64,000 nt of DNA, from positions 8,436 through 72,435 of the IMG/VR virus record IMGVR_UViG_3300036857_000203; one strand, given 5' to 3'. Below the pieces are notes generated by a model that was not told where the DNA came from, did not search any database, and saw only the letters and a program-made list of their open reading frames with translations. Every line of letters starts with the position of its first letter. Within the stretch, counting starts at the first letter, position 1. This DNA comes from a virus. Of this stretch, positions 63,461 through 64,000 are shown one piece after another. The position numbers and the translations under genes are program-made.

Positions 63461-64000
63461 GAGCGGTGGTGGCTCGCCCCCGGTCCCGAGTGCGGCATCG
63501 ACCACGTTCAACAGCACGGTCACGCCCAACCCGCCCGCTGGTGCGCTCTACACCGACTTCCTCAACCGCGCCAACGCGCTGTCCAACACACCGTTCAACC
63601 CGGCGATGCTGGGGACGGTGGCGCCGATGAACCCGTCGCAGCTACAGGCCGGGCAGCAGCTGTTCGGCCTTGGCATGGACATGGGAAACTTTGATCCCGC
63701 CAAGGTGCAGTCGATCATGTCGCCGTTCACCGAGAGCGTGGTGGAGGCGACGCAGAACTGGTTCAATAATCAGAACGCAATCCAGGGCAATGACTTACTC
63801 AGCCAAGCCATTCGCTCTGGTAACGCCTTCGGCGGTGACCGCGCTGGCATCGCCGAAGGCATCCTCTCCGGGCAGCAGCAGCTGGCGCAGGCACCCGTCA
63901 TCGCCGGCCTGAGACAAGCCGGCTATACTCAGGCGCTAGACGAGTACAACCGGCTCAAACAGTTCGGCCTGCAGGGTGCAGGCGCGGCGCTGGGCTGGGG
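63453..64000 (+). CDS. Ejection/DNA pilot protein (3' truncated)
   Basis: GGAGGAAGG RBS; MCKSGGG...MSPFTESVV...AFGGDRAGIA...LRQAGYTQA; open to window end. Confidence 0.7.
   Translation, partial: MCKSGGGSPPVPSAASTTFNSTVTPNPPAGALYTDFLNRANALSNTPFNPAMLGTVAPMNPSQLQAGQQLFGLGMDMGNFDPAKVQSIMSPFTESVVEATQNWFNNQNAIQGNDLLSQAIRSGNAFGGDRAGIAEGILSGQQQLAQAPVIAGLRQAGYTQALDEYNRLKQFGLQGAGAALGW

Larger units (their letters stand above)
1..64000. mobile_element. Tailed dsDNA phage genome segment (podovirus-like), nearly one full genome cycle
   Basis: terL, portal, scaffold, MCP, adaptor, nozzle, tail fibre, endolysin, ERF and helicase in phage-like order; no host housekeeping genes seen. Confidence 0.97.

Noticed and set aside
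1-64000. Integrase/att sites, tRNA genes, reverse transcriptase or DGR
   Set aside because: No recombinase or RT motifs, cloverleaf, or adenine-specific repeat pair recognised by eye; lifestyle cannot be called from this window

Overview
The window is about 64 kb of a GC-rich tailed dsDNA phage genome with podovirus-like (P22/N4-style portal, adaptor, nozzle, ejection protein) morphogenesis genes. The host is probably alphaproteobacterial (inference). It appears to cover nearly one full turn of the genome: end of a large virion protein and lysis module (1-5.2 kb), leftward recombination/early genes (5.2-10.7 kb), MTase/HNH/helicase (10.7-15 kb), accessory early genes with an AAA module (17-26 kb), putative ori and terS/pac region (26-29 kb), small accessory genes, terL, then head, tail and ejection genes (34-64 kb). 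No integrase, DNA polymerase, primase, tRNA or canonical CRISPR array was recognised. The standout is a Cas7/RAMP-like gene (16253-17071) with a partner gene (15726-16256), followed by a ~550-nt non-coding array of GGY-NN pentamers split into 8 units, plus two orphan single units (6551-6631, 25117-25181). Read by hand as codon positions 1+2 (every third base skipped), the variable dinucleotides spell near-copies of phage protein motifs: the RAMP gene itself, the terS FxPGxSGNPxG motif and, for each orphan unit, the gene next to it. The phage's own alleles always carry mismatches. This suggests a wobble-skipping RNA-guided system aimed at competing related phages. All calls come from manual motif recognition; no database search was run.
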